A stretch of DNA of 61,775 nt, filler included. It is 3 parts of 3 records of this genome, joined end to end, with 100 filler letters (N's around TTAATTAATTAA, not from the genome) between each part and the next. Parts side by side here need not be neighbours in the genome. Positions count along the whole stretch, not along the records: positions 31,571 to 51,695 come from DRR378314_372; 2 more parts are not named here. The stretch is one strand, 5' to 3'. Every line of letters begins with the position of its first letter. Within the stretch, counting starts at the first letter, position 1. The notes beneath the pieces were generated by a model that did no database searches, had not been told where the DNA came from, and was given only the letters and a program-made list of their open reading frames with translations. Shown one piece after another: positions 36,327-47,500 of the stretch. The position numbers and the translations under genes were made by a program.

Positions 36327-39300
36327 ATGCGGACGGTTTGGGCGGCGGGACTGGCGTGGGCGCTTTTGACAATTGGTGCAGTAGCGGCATTGGCCGAGGG
36401 GGCCTTGCCCGAACACCGGTATCTGCAAACCCGCGATATGGATTTCTATGGCGAGGATTTGACCAACCTCTTTGACACCACGCAAACGGCCTGCGCCCGG
36501 GCCTGTTCTGCCCAAGACGCTTGCGTCGCCTATACGTTTAATACGCGCAACAATGCCTGTTTCCCCAAATCGGCAATCCGTGAACGCCAGCCCTATGCGG
36601 GGGCTGTTTCGGCGCAAAAGGTTGCGACGGATCCCGGGGTTCTGGGGGCACAGGCCACCCGACAGGATGATTTGGGGTTTCTGGCAGAAGATGATTTTGA
36701 CGCCGCCCGTGCTTTGGTTGCGTCAAACGTTGCCAGCTACAGCTTTAGCGGTGAAACGCTTGAAGATCTGATGGATGCAATGATCCGTGCCGATCAGGCG
36801 CGAGAAACCGCTGCGGCGCACCGCTGGGCGGGCAAGGCCGTGGCCTTATCCGACCGTGCGGATTTATGGACCGCCTATGCGGGCCGGGCGTTGGCGCGGG
36901 CCGGGGACGGTAACAACAACGAACGCCGAAAGCTGCGCCGTGCCGCATTGCAGGCCGCGATCAACGGGTATCTGCGGGCTGATCAGCCGGGGCTGCGTGT
37001 CGAGGCGCTGCGGCTGATGGCGCAAGCGCTTGAGGTCAACAACCGTGGCCGCGACATGATACCGGCCTTGCGTCTGGCGCTGGACATCACCCCGCGCGAC
37101 GATCTGGAAGCCGCGCTTGAGGAGGCCATTGGTAAATACGGGTTCCGCGTCACCGAACACCGCGTTGACAATAATGCTGCCGCCCCGCGCATCTGCGCCG
37201 AGTTTTCCGAGCAATTGGTGCAGGCAGGTGTGGATTACGAACCCTTTGTACGTGTCGAGGGGCGCGGTCTGGTAGTGCAAAGTGATGACAGCCAGCTTTG
37301 TGTTGACGGTGTTGAACATGGCGCACGCTACACTGTGACCCTGCGCGCGGGATTGCCTGCGGCCAGTGGTGAGGTGCTGCACAAGGATGTGACCCTGCAA
37401 CTTTACGTGCGGGATCGCGCTCCTTCTGTCCGATTTGCGGGCCGCGCCTATGTTCTGCCGCGCAGCACAGAGGCGGCTCTGCCAGTCGAGACTGTGAATG
37501 CCACCATGCTTGATCTGTCCCTGCGCCGGGTCAGTGACCGCAATCTGGTGCGTGCCATCCGCGAAAGCTATTTCGGTCGTCCGCTAAGCGCCAATGAGGA
37601 TGAGCGTTTCACGGATGCGTTGGCCAATGAGGTCTGGACCGGTGAAGCCACAGTGCAGAACGAGCTGAATGTTGATATGACCACCCGACTGCCCCTTGCC
37701 GAGGCGCTGGCAGGTCAGCCAGCGGGTATCTATACGCTAAGCGCTGCGGTGCCGGGGCAGGATCGTTACGAGAACCCTGCCGCGTTGCAGTGGTTTGTGC
37801 TGTCCGATCTGGGTCTTTCGACATGGAGCGGGACGGATGGCATGCACATTGCAGTGCGCCGCCTTGGCGATGCAACTGCGGCGGCGGGGATCAAGATCAG
37901 CCTGATCAGCCGCGCCAATGCGGTGTTGGGCACTGTGACGACGGATGCCGAGGGTTTTGCACAATTTCCAGTGGGGCTGACACGCGGCAACGGTGCGGCG
38001 CAGCCTGCGCTTTTGATGGCAGAAGAGGGCGACACAGATGTGGCCTTTTTGCCGTTGGGTGATCCGGCGTTTGATCTGTCCGACAGGGGCGTTGAAGGGC
38101 ACCCGCCCGCCCCGCCGATTGATACTTTCCTCACCACGGATCGCGGGGCCTACCGCGTGGGAGAGGTGATTTATGCCACGGTATTGACCCGCGATGGTCG
38201 GGCCCGCGCCTCAGAGGGGTTGCCCGTCACGGCCATTCTGAAACGCCCGGACGGTGTTGAATACAGTCGCCAGCTGAGCCGCGACAGCAAGGCGGGCGGC
38301 CATGTTTTCGCCCTGCCACTGGGGGCGGATGTGCCGCGTGGCGCATGGCGGGTGGATATTCACAGTGATCTTGAAGCCCCGGCACTGGCCAGCCAGACCG
38401 TGCTGGTTGAGGATTTCCTGCCAGAGCGGATCGACTTTGACATCGGCCTGCCTGATGCACCACTGCGCCTTGATCAAACTCCGCCGCTCAGTGTCGATGT
38501 GCGCTATCTGTTTGGTGCACCGGGGGCGAACCTGAAGGTTGAGGGGGATGTGCGGCTTGCGCCCGCACGTGAGATTGCCGGTTGGGACGGCTACAGGTTC
38601 GGCCGCCACGACACGGGGTTTCGCAGACAGACACAGGTGATTGCCGGTGCCACGACAGATGCGCAAGGGCGCGCCACATTGGCCCTGCGTCTGCCGCAAC
38701 TGGACGAGGTGCCACAAACCCCATTGCGGGCCGCAGTAACCCTGCGTGTCGCCGAAGGATCAGGCCGTCCGGTTGAACGCCGGATTGATAAGGCGGTCAC
38801 GCCTGCGTCAACCATGATCGGGATCAAGCCTGCGTTTGAGAACGTGCTGCCCGAAGCGGCTGAGGCCACTTTTGATCTGATCGCGGTGAACCCCGATGGC
38901 ACCGCCGCCGACATGCCGGTGCGCTGGACCGTGAACAAGGTCGAGACACGCTATCAATGGTATCAGCTTTACGGCAATTGGGAGTGGGAGCCGGTCACCC
39001 GCCGCATCCGTGTTGCAACAGCTGATGTGACATTGGGTGCCGCCGCCACGCGTATCACTGCCCCGACTGAATGGGGCAGTTACGAACTTGTGGTGGAACG
39101 TATCGGCAGCCCCTATGCGGCCTCCTCGGTTGAATTTGCCTCTGGCTGGTATGGTGGGGATGGCGGGACGGATACGCCTGACCGGCTGGACCTGTCGCTT
39201 GATGCGGAAACTTATGAAACCGGCGATACGGCTACCCTGCGTCTTGTGGCCGAGGGTGACGGTGTGGCGATGATCAGTGTCTTGTCCAACCGCGTGATTG

Positions 39301-41762
39301 AACGCCGTGTTGTGCCGGTCACCGCAGGCGAAAATACGGTGGCTTTGACGGTGGGGACGGATTGGGGCACGGGTGCCTATGTCACCGCTTCTGTGCTGCG
39401 CGGTATGGATGTCGCGGCGGAGATGAACCCCAGCCGCCAATTGGGATTGGTTCATGCCGCCGTTGCCCCGGCTGATAAGAAACTGAGCGTTAGTTTCGAT
39501 GTACCGGAACAGGTTGACGGGCAGGCGGGCAGGGTGGCGGCCAGCGTGTTGGTCGAAGGCATTGCCGAGGGGCAGACCGCCTATGTCACCCTTGCCGCCG
39601 TGGACCTGGGCATTCTGAATCTCACCGGTTTTACCGCGCCAGACCCGAGTGATCACTACTTTGGTCAGCGGCGTCTGGGGGTTGAGCTGCGCGATATCTA
39701 TGGGCGGCTGATCGACGGGATGAACGGGGCCTTGGGCACGGTCCGCTCTGGCGGCGATGCGGCGGTCAGCGTGCAGGTGCAATCGCCGCCACCGACCGAA
39801 AAGCTGATGGCGTTTTTCACAGGGCCCGTTGTGGTTGGCGCGGATGGCCGCGCTAAGGTTGAGATCAGCAAACCCGCTTTCAACGGCACGATCCGGCTGA
39901 TGGCCGTTGCCTGGTCGCCGGATGCTGTGGGCAATGCGGCCGTTGATATTGTCGCCAAGGATCCCGTTGTTGTCACCGCGTCTCTGCCACGTTTCCTTGC
40001 GCCGCAAGACAGCAGCCGTTTGTTGCTGGAACTGGTTCATGCGTCGGGCGCAGCGGGTGATGCTGCCCTGCAAATCCATGCGGATGCCGGTGTTGCACTG
40101 GGTGATGTGCCTGCCAAGGTGCGTCTGGATGAGAACGCCAGTGCGCGGTTGGAGATACCCGTCACAGCCCGCGAAATTGGTGACCATCTGATCACTGTTG
40201 TGTTGACCACGCCGGATGGAACCGAGCTGCGCAAGGTATTGAACATGCCGGTGCGTGACAATGATCCAGAGGTGGCGCTGACGCGACAATTCTCGCTGGG
40301 GGCGGGTGAAAGTTTCACCTTTGACAGCAATGTCTTTGCCGGTCTGCGCGCGGGCACGGGCACGGCGACCCTGACCGCCGGTCCGCTGGCGCGGTTTGAC
40401 GTGCCGGGTTTGCTGCAACAGCTTGACCGCTACCCCTATGGCTGCACCGAACAGCTGACCTCCGGCGCGATGCCTTTGCTGTACCTCAGTTCGGTTGCGC
40501 AATCGGCGGGGCTGGGTGAACCGGCGCAGCTCAACGACAAGATCACACAGGCCATTGCGCGGATCCTGACCCGTCAGTCCAGCAACGGGGCCTTTGGATT
40601 ATGGCAGGCGGACTCGGGTGAATTCTGGCTGGATGCCTATGTCACCGATTTCCTGTTCCGCGCGCGCGCGCAGGGCCACGCGGTGCCTGACCTTGCCTAT
40701 TCTCTGGCGATGGACAATCTGCGCAACCGGATCAGCTATGCCCCCGATTTTGATCAGGGGGGTGAAGATATCGCCTATGCGCTGCTGGTGCTGGCCCGTG
40801 CCGGTGCCGCCAGCATGGGGGATCTGCGGTATTATGCGGATACCAAATCACAGGATTTTGCCACACCACTGGCGCTGGCCCAACTGGGGGCGGCATTGGC
40901 CGCTTATGGCGATCCGCTGCGCGCCGATACGATGTTCCGCAAGGCGGGTGTGATGCTGAACGCCCAGACCCCGCACAAGCGCTGGCGCGATGATTTTGGC
41001 ACCCCCCTGCGTGACACCGCTGCTGTGCTGAAACTCAGCGCTGAAGCGGGCAGTGACGCACTTGACCCCGTGGCGCTGACCACCAGCTTACATGCTGGCA
41101 CCAGCCGCCTTTCCACGCAGGAAGCGGCGCAGGTTGTGCTGGCCGCCCATGCGCTAAACGCACCTGACGTGGTGGCGAAGCTCAGGGTGGATGGCGTGGA
41201 TGCCAGCGGTCCGGTGGTGGAACGGCTGAGCGCGCGCACCGGTGGCAGTTCGCAAATCGAGAACATCAGCGCCACTACGATGGATGTCACGATGACGGCC
41301 TACGGTGTGCCAGAAGTTGCCCCCGATGCGGGTGGGTACGGCTATCAAATCACCCGTCGCAGTTTCACAATGGAAGGGGCGCTGGTTGACGGGGCGGTCC
41401 AATCCGGCACGCGGCTGGTTGTTGTGCTGGAAGTCACCCCTTTTGAGGAGGTTGGCGCGCGGCTGATCATTGACGATCCGCTGCCGGCAGGCTTTGAGAT
41501 CGACAACCCCAATCTCTTGCGCAGTGGCGAGATTGGCGCACTTGACTGGCTGCAAACGAAGGAGAGCGAAAACGCCGAATTCCGCAGTGACCGCTTTATT
41601 GCGGCGGTGAACCATCGCGAGGCCAAGCCGTTTCAACTGGCCTATATTGTGCGGGCGGTGACACCGGGGGTTTATCATCACCCCGCCGCCACGGTTGAAG
41701 ACATGTACCGCCCGGAATACCGCGCCAATACCGCAACCGGATCGGTGACTGTCACGCCATGA
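36327..41762 (+). CDS. Bacterial alpha-2-macroglobulin with an N-terminal PAN/apple-like domain
   Basis: Signal peptide after AAGGAG; Cys-rich PAN-like segment; DRGAYR; thioester YPYGCTEQ; PAGFEIDN; VEDMYRPE; directly upstream of pbpC. Confidence 0.93.
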   Translation: MRTVWAAGLAWALLTIGAVAALAEGALPEHRYLQTRDMDFYGEDLTNLFDTTQTACARACSAQDACVAYTFNTRNNACFPKSAIRERQPYAGAVSAQKVATDPGVLGAQATRQDDLGFLAEDDFDAARALVASNVASYSFSGETLEDLMDAMIRADQARETAAAHRWAGKAVALSDRADLWTAYAGRALARAGDGNNNERRKLRRAALQAAINGYLRADQPGLRVEALRLMAQALEVNNRGRDMIPALRLALDITPRDDLEAALEEAIGKYGFRVTEHRVDNNAAAPRICAEFSEQLVQAGVDYEPFVRVEGRGLVVQSDDSQLCVDGVEHGARYTVTLRAGLPAASGEVLHKDVTLQLYVRDRAPSVRFAGRAYVLPRSTEAALPVETVNATMLDLSLRRVSDRNLVRAIRESYFGRPLSANEDERFTDALANEVWTGEATVQNELNVDMTTRLPLAEALAGQPAGIYTLSAAVPGQDRYENPAALQWFVLSDLGLSTWSGTDGMHIAVRRLGDATAAAGIKISLISRANAVLGTVTTDAEGFAQFPVGLTRGNGAAQPALLMAEEGDTDVAFLPLGDPAFDLSDRGVEGHPPAPPIDTFLTTDRGAYRVGEVIYATVLTRDGRARASEGLPVTAILKRPDGVEYSRQLSRDSKAGGHVFALPLGADVPRGAWRVDIHSDLEAPALASQTVLVEDFLPERIDFDIGLPDAPLRLDQTPPLSVDVRYLFGAPGANLKVEGDVRLAPAREIAGWDGYRFGRHDTGFRRQTQVIAGATTDAQGRATLALRLPQLDEVPQTPLRAAVTLRVAEGSGRPVERRIDKAVTPASTMIGIKPAFENVLPEAAEATFDLIAVNPDGTAADMPVRWTVNKVETRYQWYQLYGNWEWEPVTRRIRVATADVTLGAAATRITAPTEWGSYELVVERIGSPYAASSVEFASGWYGGDGGTDTPDRLDLSLDAETYETGDTATLRLVAEGDGVAMISVLSNRVIERRVVPVTAGENTVALTVGTDWGTGAYVTASVLRGMDVAAEMNPSRQLGLVHAAVAPADKKLSVSFDVPEQVDGQAGRVAASVLVEGIAEGQTAYVTLAAVDLGILNLTGFTAPDPSDHYFGQRRLGVELRDIYGRLIDGMNGALGTVRSGGDAAVSVQVQSPPPTEKLMAFFTGPVVVGADGRAKVEISKPAFNGTIRLMAVAWSPDAVGNAAVDIVAKDPVVVTASLPRFLAPQDSSRLLLELVHASGAAGDAALQIHADAGVALGDVPAKVRLDENASARLEIPVTAREIGDHLITVVLTTPDGTELRKVLNMPVRDNDPEVALTRQFSLGAGESFTFDSNVFAGLRAGTGTATLTAGPLARFDVPGLLQQLDRYPYGCTEQLTSGAMPLLYLSSVAQSAGLGEPAQLNDKITQAIARILTRQSSNGAFGLWQADSGEFWLDAYVTDFLFRARAQGHAVPDLAYSLAMDNLRNRISYAPDFDQGGEDIAYALLVLARAGAASMGDLRYYADTKSQDFATPLALAQLGAALAAYGDPLRADTMFRKAGVMLNAQTPHKRWRDDFGTPLRDTAAVLKLSAEAGSDALDPVALTTSLHAGTSRLSTQEAAQVVLAAHALNAPDVVAKLRVDGVDASGPVVERLSARTGGSSQIENISATTMDVTMTAYGVPEVAPDAGGYGYQITRRSFTMEGALVDGAVQSGTRLVVVLEVTPFEEVGARLIIDDPLPAGFEIDNPNLLRSGEIGALDWLQTKESENAEFRSDRFIAAVNHREAKPFQLAYIVRAVTPGVYHHPAATVEDMYRPEYRANTATGSVTVTP

Positions 41763-43777
41763 TCCGCCGGCTTGTCCCCTTTGTGCTGGTGTTGGCCCTT
41801 TGGGGTGCTGCCGCCCTGCGCGATGGTTTGGATCATTGGGTCGCCGCAACTGTTCTGCCGCCCGTATTGGTCGAAACCTCGGTAGAGGTGCGCGACAGGC
41901 ATGGCAGTCTGGTGCGGGTGTTCCCGGTTGAGGATGGTCGCGTGCGATTGGCACTGCGGTTGGATCAGGTGGACCCTGCCTATCTGTCGATGCTGATCGC
42001 ATATGAGGACAAGCGGTTTTACCATCACAGTGGCGTTGACCCGCTGGCACTGCTGCGGGCCACGGGGCAGGCGGTGTTGTCGGGACGTATTGTTTCCGGC
42101 GGGTCGACCCTGACCATGCAGGTGGCGCGGCTGCTGGAAAACTCCGGCACCGGACGGTGGACGGGCAAGCTGCGCCAGATCAGGCTGGCGCTGGCATTGG
42201 AACAAGAGCTTGGCAAGGATGAAATCCTGACGCTTTACCTTGCCCATGCGCCTTACGGCGGGGCGATGGAAGGGGTGCGGGCGGGGAGTCTGGCATGGTT
42301 CGGCAAAGAGCCACGGCGCCTGACCACGGCAGAGGCGGCTTTGTTGGTTGCCCTGCCGCAAGCGCCCGAAGCCCGCAGGCCTGACCGTCATCCACAGGCC
42401 GCAGAAACGGCCCGTGCGCGGGTTTTGGCACGGGTCATGGCCCCTGATCAGCTTCGCATGGCGGCAATCCCGCAAAAGATGCGGCCCCTCGTGCGCCTTG
42501 CCCCGCATCTGACGGATCATCTGCATGCGCAGAACCCCGTGGCCTTGCGCCATGACCTGACACTGGATGCGCATTTGCAAGCGCAGATGGAATCCCTTGC
42601 CGCCCGCGCGGCACAGGGACAGGCGGCAGGTGTCTCTGCCGCGATTGTTGTGGTGGATCACCGCAGCGGGGAGGTTTTGGCCTCGGTCGGCTCACCTGCT
42701 TACGAAGGCAGGGGCGGCACCTTGGGCTTTGTCGATATGACACGCGCGCTGCGCTCTCCCGGATCAACCCTAAAACCGTTCATCTATGCCATGGCATTTG
42801 ATCAGGGGCTGGCGCACCCCGACACATTGATCGACGATTCCCCCGTGGCCTTTGGCCGCTACGCCCCGCAGAATTTTGACGGTGCCTTTCGCGGTGAAGT
42901 GACGGTGCGCGAGGCGTTGCAACTGTCACTGAACATCCCGCCAGTGCTGTTGACACAGGAGTTGGGGCCAGCGCGGCTGATGGGGATGATGCGCAAAGGT
43001 GGGGCGAAACCAAAGCTTGCCGGCAAGGCGGGGTTGGCCGTGGCGCTGGGTGGTGTGGGGCTGACCCTGAACGATCTGGTGCAGCTTTATGGCGGGCTGG
43101 CGCAGGGTGGTGTGGTACATCCGTTGATCTGGGAACGCGGCGGGTCAGAGCCGCCAAAACCCATCTTTTCGCGGGCGGCAGCCTGGCAGGTGTCGCATAT
43201 CCTAGCCAGTATCGCCCCACCGAAAGGTGCGGCTGATGCACGCAATATTGCCTATAAGACCGGCACATCCTACGGCCATCGTGACGCATGGGCGGTGGGG
43301 TTTGACGGGGCGCATGTGATTGGCGTTTGGCTGGGCCGGCCCGATGGCACGCCGGTGCCGGGGGCCTTTGGCGGTGCACTGGCCGCGCCTGTGTTGTTCG
43401 AAGCCTTTGGCCGTCTCACCCCGACACCCGCACCCCTGAAAGCACCGCCACCGGAAACCCTGATTGTCAGCACAGCCGCCCTGCCACTGCCGCTGCAACG
43501 TTTCCGCCCTCGCGATGCGGTGTTTCGCAAGGCCGCAAACGCGCCCGAGGTGCGTTTCCCCCCTGATGGTGCCGTGTTACGGGCCACAGGCGACAGCCTG
43601 CCGCTGAAACTGGCGGCTGGCGTCTTTCCGCTGATGGTTCTTGTTGATGGCGTGCCGGTTCTGACCGGGCTGAACCGCCGTGATGTGCAACTCCCGCCGC
43701 TTGTTCAGGGCTATTCACGGATATCGGTGGTTGACGCACGGGGACAATCGGCAAGTGTTCAGATCAGGATGCAGTGA
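41759..43777 (+). CDS. pbpC: Penicillin-binding protein 1C
   Basis: EDKRFY.H.GVD, GGSTLTMQVARLL, SPGSTLKPF (SxxK), SLN, KTGTSYG; coupled to the alpha-2-macroglobulin gene. Confidence 0.95.
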   Translation: MIRRLVPFVLVLALWGAAALRDGLDHWVAATVLPPVLVETSVEVRDRHGSLVRVFPVEDGRVRLALRLDQVDPAYLSMLIAYEDKRFYHHSGVDPLALLRATGQAVLSGRIVSGGSTLTMQVARLLENSGTGRWTGKLRQIRLALALEQELGKDEILTLYLAHAPYGGAMEGVRAGSLAWFGKEPRRLTTAEAALLVALPQAPEARRPDRHPQAAETARARVLARVMAPDQLRMAAIPQKMRPLVRLAPHLTDHLHAQNPVALRHDLTLDAHLQAQMESLAARAAQGQAAGVSAAIVVVDHRSGEVLASVGSPAYEGRGGTLGFVDMTRALRSPGSTLKPFIYAMAFDQGLAHPDTLIDDSPVAFGRYAPQNFDGAFRGEVTVREALQLSLNIPPVLLTQELGPARLMGMMRKGGAKPKLAGKAGLAVALGGVGLTLNDLVQLYGGLAQGGVVHPLIWERGGSEPPKPIFSRAAAWQVSHILASIAPPKGAADARNIAYKTGTSYGHRDAWAVGFDGAHVIGVWLGRPDGTPVPGAFGGALAAPVLFEAFGRLTPTPAPLKAPPPETLIVSTAALPLPLQRFRPRDAVFRKAANAPEVRFPPDGAVLRATGDSLPLKLAAGVFPLMVLVDGVPVLTGLNRRDVQLPPLVQGYSRISVVDARGQSASVQIRMQ

Positions 43778-43823
43778 AGGTGATCTTGTTGACGGCGCTG
43801 CAATGCCCTATTTCGGAGACATC

Positions 43824-44465
43824 ATGAGACATGTTCTTGCCTTTGCCCTTGCCCTGTTGTCAGCCGCGCCGCTTGCGGCGCATCCGCATATCTTTGTGGA
43901 TACCGGGCTAAATCTGCAATTTGACGAAACAGGGCGGCTTCGTGAGGTGCGCGTCACCTGGGCTTATGATGAATTCTATTCCCTGCTGATCACCGAGGAC
44001 CGCGGCCTTGACCCGGATTTCGACGGTGTCCTGACCGAGGCGGAACAGGCTGACCTGCAAGGGTTCGACATGCAGTGGACAGAGGGGTTCAACGGTGATC
44101 TGGTGATCACTCAGGATGGGCGTAACCTGACGCTATCCGCGCCGATGCAGGCCACCGCTGTCTATGAAAACGCGCGGATCACCACGACCCACGTGCGGCA
44201 GGTGATACAGGATCAGGCGGCGGGTGCCCCGATAGAGATCAAACCCTATGATCCGACTTATTACAGCGCCTATGACGTCACCCTGCCTGTGCGGATTGAA
44301 GGCAACGCTGCCTGCGCAAAGTCATTTGACGTCCCCGACGTTCAGGCACAGATACAGAAGCTGAGTGATCAACTGGCCGCGATGGATGAAATGTCTGATG
44401 AAAATACTCCCGACATCGGGATCTTGCTGGCGACCACGGTACGGGTGACATGCGATTTATCTTAA
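43824..44465 (+). CDS. DUF1007 family periplasmic protein
   Basis: Signal peptide followed by AHPHIFVD; YDPTYY; adjacent to a Ni/Co transporter. Confidence 0.8.
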   Translation: MRHVLAFALALLSAAPLAAHPHIFVDTGLNLQFDETGRLREVRVTWAYDEFYSLLITEDRGLDPDFDGVLTEAEQADLQGFDMQWTEGFNGDLVITQDGRNLTLSAPMQATAVYENARITTTHVRQVIQDQAAGAPIEIKPYDPTYYSAYDVTLPVRIEGNAACAKSFDVPDVQAQIQKLSDQLAAMDEMSDENTPDIGILLATTVRVTCDLS

Positions 44466-45382
44466 GTTTTGCGGCCTGTGCGGTTTTTGTCGCCTTGGGC
44501 TGGTTTTGGTATGCGGGCGGTTTTGATCAGCTGGGGTTTTGGGCCGCCAGCCAGCAACGCGAATTTCAAAACGCCATTGCCCGCGCGCTGCGCCTTGTAC
44601 GCTCTGGCGAAACTGCGGCGGTTGTTGGTGTTCTGACAGGATGCTTTGCCTATGGTCTGGCCCATGCGGCGGGGCCGGGGCACGGCAAGGTGTTGATTGG
44701 GGGCTATGGTTTTGCCCGTAAGGTGCCAATGCTGCGCCTGTCGTTGATTGCCCTGGCGGCCTCCTTGGGGCAGGCGGTTACTGCGGTGGTGCTGGTCTAT
44801 GCCGGTGTGCTGGTGTTGAACATCGGTCAGGAAGCGATGGTTAATCTGACCGAGGCGATTATGGCACCGGTCAGCTATGGTGCCATTGCCCTGATCGGGC
44901 TTTGGTTGATGTGGCGGGGCCTGCGCAAACTATCGCCGCGGCCCCAAGCCCACGATCATGACCACGATCACCACAGTCACACGCATGATCATACCCATGA
45001 AGGTCATGACCACCACTGCGCAAGCTGTGGTCACGTCCATGGCCCCTCGCTGGATCAGGTGGAAAACGTGTCAAACCTGCGCGAGGCTTTGGTGTTGATC
45101 GCGGGGATTGCTGTGCGCCCCTGTACCGGCGCGCTGTTTGTTCTGATCATCACATGGCAGATGGGCATCGGGGGTCTTGGTATTGCGGGGGCCTTTGCCA
45201 TGGCGTTTGGGACTGCGTTGGTCACGATATTGGTCGGCCTTCTGGCCAGCGGATTGAGCGGTGGCATCCTGGCCAGCCTCAGCGGCTCGCCGAAGATGGC
45301 CAAAATGGTGGCCGTGCTGGAAGTCCTGGCCGGGCTTGCCGTGGCTTTCCTTGCCGGTGGTTTGTTGCTGCGCGCGCTTTAG
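44450..45382 (+). CDS. Nickel/cobalt transporter (RcnA/HoxN-NixA-like) with a His-rich loop
   Basis: YGLAHAAGPGHGK, HDHDHDHHSH...CGHVHGP, RPCTGAL; several TM segments. Confidence 0.88.
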   Translation: MRFILSFAACAVFVALGWFWYAGGFDQLGFWAASQQREFQNAIARALRLVRSGETAAVVGVLTGCFAYGLAHAAGPGHGKVLIGGYGFARKVPMLRLSLIALAASLGQAVTAVVLVYAGVLVLNIGQEAMVNLTEAIMAPVSYGAIALIGLWLMWRGLRKLSPRPQAHDHDHDHHSHTHDHTHEGHDHHCASCGHVHGPSLDQVENVSNLREALVLIAGIAVRPCTGALFVLIITWQMGIGGLGIAGAFAMAFGTALVTILVGLLASGLSGGILASLSGSPKMAKMVAVLEVLAGLAVAFLAGGLLLRAL

Positions 45383-45457
45383 CCTGGCCCCTTCCCTTAC
45401 CGTTGTTTCCAAATGACAGAGCGGCATGTGCGTTCACCGCTTTGGCCTGTCCTGCGT

Positions 45458-47500
45458 CTAGCGGCGTCCCTCGCGCAGCCATGCGGCAGTGATCAGACCG
45501 GCGGACAGCAGTAAAACCAGCCATCCCGGCAGGATCGCCGTCTGGCGAATATCGCGGGTTTCATAGGCCCCGCGCGGGGTGATCCCCAGCCAGCCGCGCC
45601 CTGCTGCCGGGCGCCCCGGGCGCACGTTGCGCAATCGGGGCAAGCCTTCTTCAAGCCGCGCCACCCCCCCCCGCAGGGAGGTCACCAGCGGTGCCAGTGC
45701 CTCACCGCTGGCAATGGTTTCGATGAATTCGCGCGGTGCCGCAGGGCCAAGGCCGATCACCGAGGTCTGATCGCCATTATCAAGCCGGTAAAGCCCCATT
45801 TCCGGCCCTTCAAACGCCCCTTCAAATATGCCCGCTGCCCCTTCCTTCAACGGCACTTCAACGGTACGACCATCCGGTGTTGTCACCGTCACGGGCGGCA
45901 CTGTTTCGCCAAGGGTGCGGCGGGTGATCCGCATGCTTTGCCCCTCGGCGGTGGCAACCAGTGCCTCTTCCTCAAGTTCGGGCTCTTTCATCATCCAATG
46001 GGCCAGACGGCGCAGCAATTCCAACTGCGGCCCGCCCCCTTCATAGCCGCGACTCCACAACCATGCATGATCAGAGGCCAGCAGTGCCACGCGCCCTTCA
46101 TCGACGCGGTTCAGCACCAGTAAGGGGCGCCCGTCGATGCCTTCCATCACCACATTGCCCTGCGGTTCGGCCACTTCAATCTGGCGCAACCAGCGGCCCC
46201 AATCGCCATTGTCCGGCAGATTGGTGGTCACCGGATGCCGCTGGCCCAGATCAGTCACTGTCGGGCTGTAGGGTTCTTCCAGCACGCGTGCGGTAGGTGT
46301 GGCCGGAATGACCGACCCCAGCGGTGAGCGGTAGATGCTGTCGGCACTCGCGAAATCGGGGCCGGCAGCGACCAGAACCGCGCCCCCCTGACGCACGTAA
46401 TTCGCGACATTATCCAGATAAAGCGCGGGCAGGATGCCACGCCGCTGATAGCGGTCAAAGATGATCAGATCGAAATCCTCGATCTTTTCCATGAACAGCT
46501 CGCGTGTGGGGAACGCGATCAGCGACAGTTCTGTCACCGGCACGCCGTCCTGCTTTTCCGGGGGGCGCAGAATGGTGAAATGTACCAGATCGACAGAGCT
46601 GTCCGATTTTAACAGGTTGCGCCATGTGCGCCCGCCGGGGTGTGGTTCCCCGCTGACCAGCAGCACGCGCAACCGGTCGCGCACCCCGTTCATCTGGATC
46701 AGCGCGGCATTGTTGCGATCGGTCAATTCCCCCTCTGCTTCGGGCAGGGAGAAGCGGATCACATTGCGCCCGCCGTGGGGCAGGGTGACGGGCAGCTCAA
46801 GATCCTGACCAATTGGCACACGAAACGTCTGTGCCGGTTCGCCATCGATGGAGATATCCAGCGGGGCAAGCGTCTCACCCGCAGGGGCATTGCCCAGATC
46901 GTCAATGCGCAGGGTCAGGGTGACCGGCTCGCCGATGATCGCAAAGGCGGGCGCGTTGCTGACCGTCAAACGGCGGTCCCAGTCGGCGTCTTTGCCTGTC
47001 ATCAACAGATGCATCGGCGCGGGCAGATCGACGGGCAGATCAGCGTCATGCACACGCCCGTCGCTGATCGCCAGAATGCCGGCGATCCGTGCTTGCGGTT
47101 CCTCGGCCAGTGCATCGGTGATGGCCGTCATCACCCGCGTGCCTGCGTCGCCGGTACCATCGGACACCGCAATCCGGCGGATTTCGGTATTTGGGCGCCC
47201 CGTGATCTGTGCCGCCAGCACTTGCGCCGCTTCGGCGGTTTGATCCGCCCGCCCGCCCAATTCCTGACTTGCGCTTTCATCCTCGACCAACAGCACAATA
47301 TCGCTGAGCGGTGCACGGTCTTCCTGTTGATATGACGGGTTCGCCAAGGCACCCAGAACAACCGCTGCTGCCAGCCCGCGCAAGGCCCAGCCGTTCAGCC
47401 CGCGCAGAATCGCAAGGATCAGCCCAATCAGCGCGATGATGGTCACGACAATCAGCAGGGAAACCGGGATCAGTGGATCATATACAAGCGTTGCGGTCAT
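45458..47500 (-). CDS. Membrane protein with vWA-like and class I glutamine amidotransferase-like domains (MoxR operon)
   Basis: N- and C-terminal TM helices; LRVLLVSGEPH, VDLVHFTILRPP, FDLIIFD; last gene of the MoxR/DUF58/BatA operon. Confidence 0.7.
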   Translation of the reverse strand: MTATLVYDPLIPVSLLIVVTIIALIGLILAILRGLNGWALRGLAAAVVLGALANPSYQQEDRAPLSDIVLLVEDESASQELGGRADQTAEAAQVLAAQITGRPNTEIRRIAVSDGTGDAGTRVMTAITDALAEEPQARIAGILAISDGRVHDADLPVDLPAPMHLLMTGKDADWDRRLTVSNAPAFAIIGEPVTLTLRIDDLGNAPAGETLAPLDISIDGEPAQTFRVPIGQDLELPVTLPHGGRNVIRFSLPEAEGELTDRNNAALIQMNGVRDRLRVLLVSGEPHPGGRTWRNLLKSDSSVDLVHFTILRPPEKQDGVPVTELSLIAFPTRELFMEKIEDFDLIIFDRYQRRGILPALYLDNVANYVRQGGAVLVAAGPDFASADSIYRSPLGSVIPATPTARVLEEPYSPTVTDLGQRHPVTTNLPDNGDWGRWLRQIEVAEPQGNVVMEGIDGRPLLVLNRVDEGRVALLASDHAWLWSRGYEGGGPQLELLRRLAHWMMKEPELEEEALVATAEGQSMRITRRTLGETVPPVTVTTPDGRTVEVPLKEGAAGIFEGAFEGPEMGLYRLDNGDQTSVIGLGPAAPREFIETIASGEALAPLVTSLRGGVARLEEGLPRLRNVRPGRPAAGRGWLGITPRGAYETRDIRQTAILPGWLVLLLSAGLITAAWLREGRR

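Noticed and set aside
44950-45040. CAC/GAT-rich repeats as a tandem array
   Set aside because: They encode the normal His-rich loop of the Ni/Co transporter.
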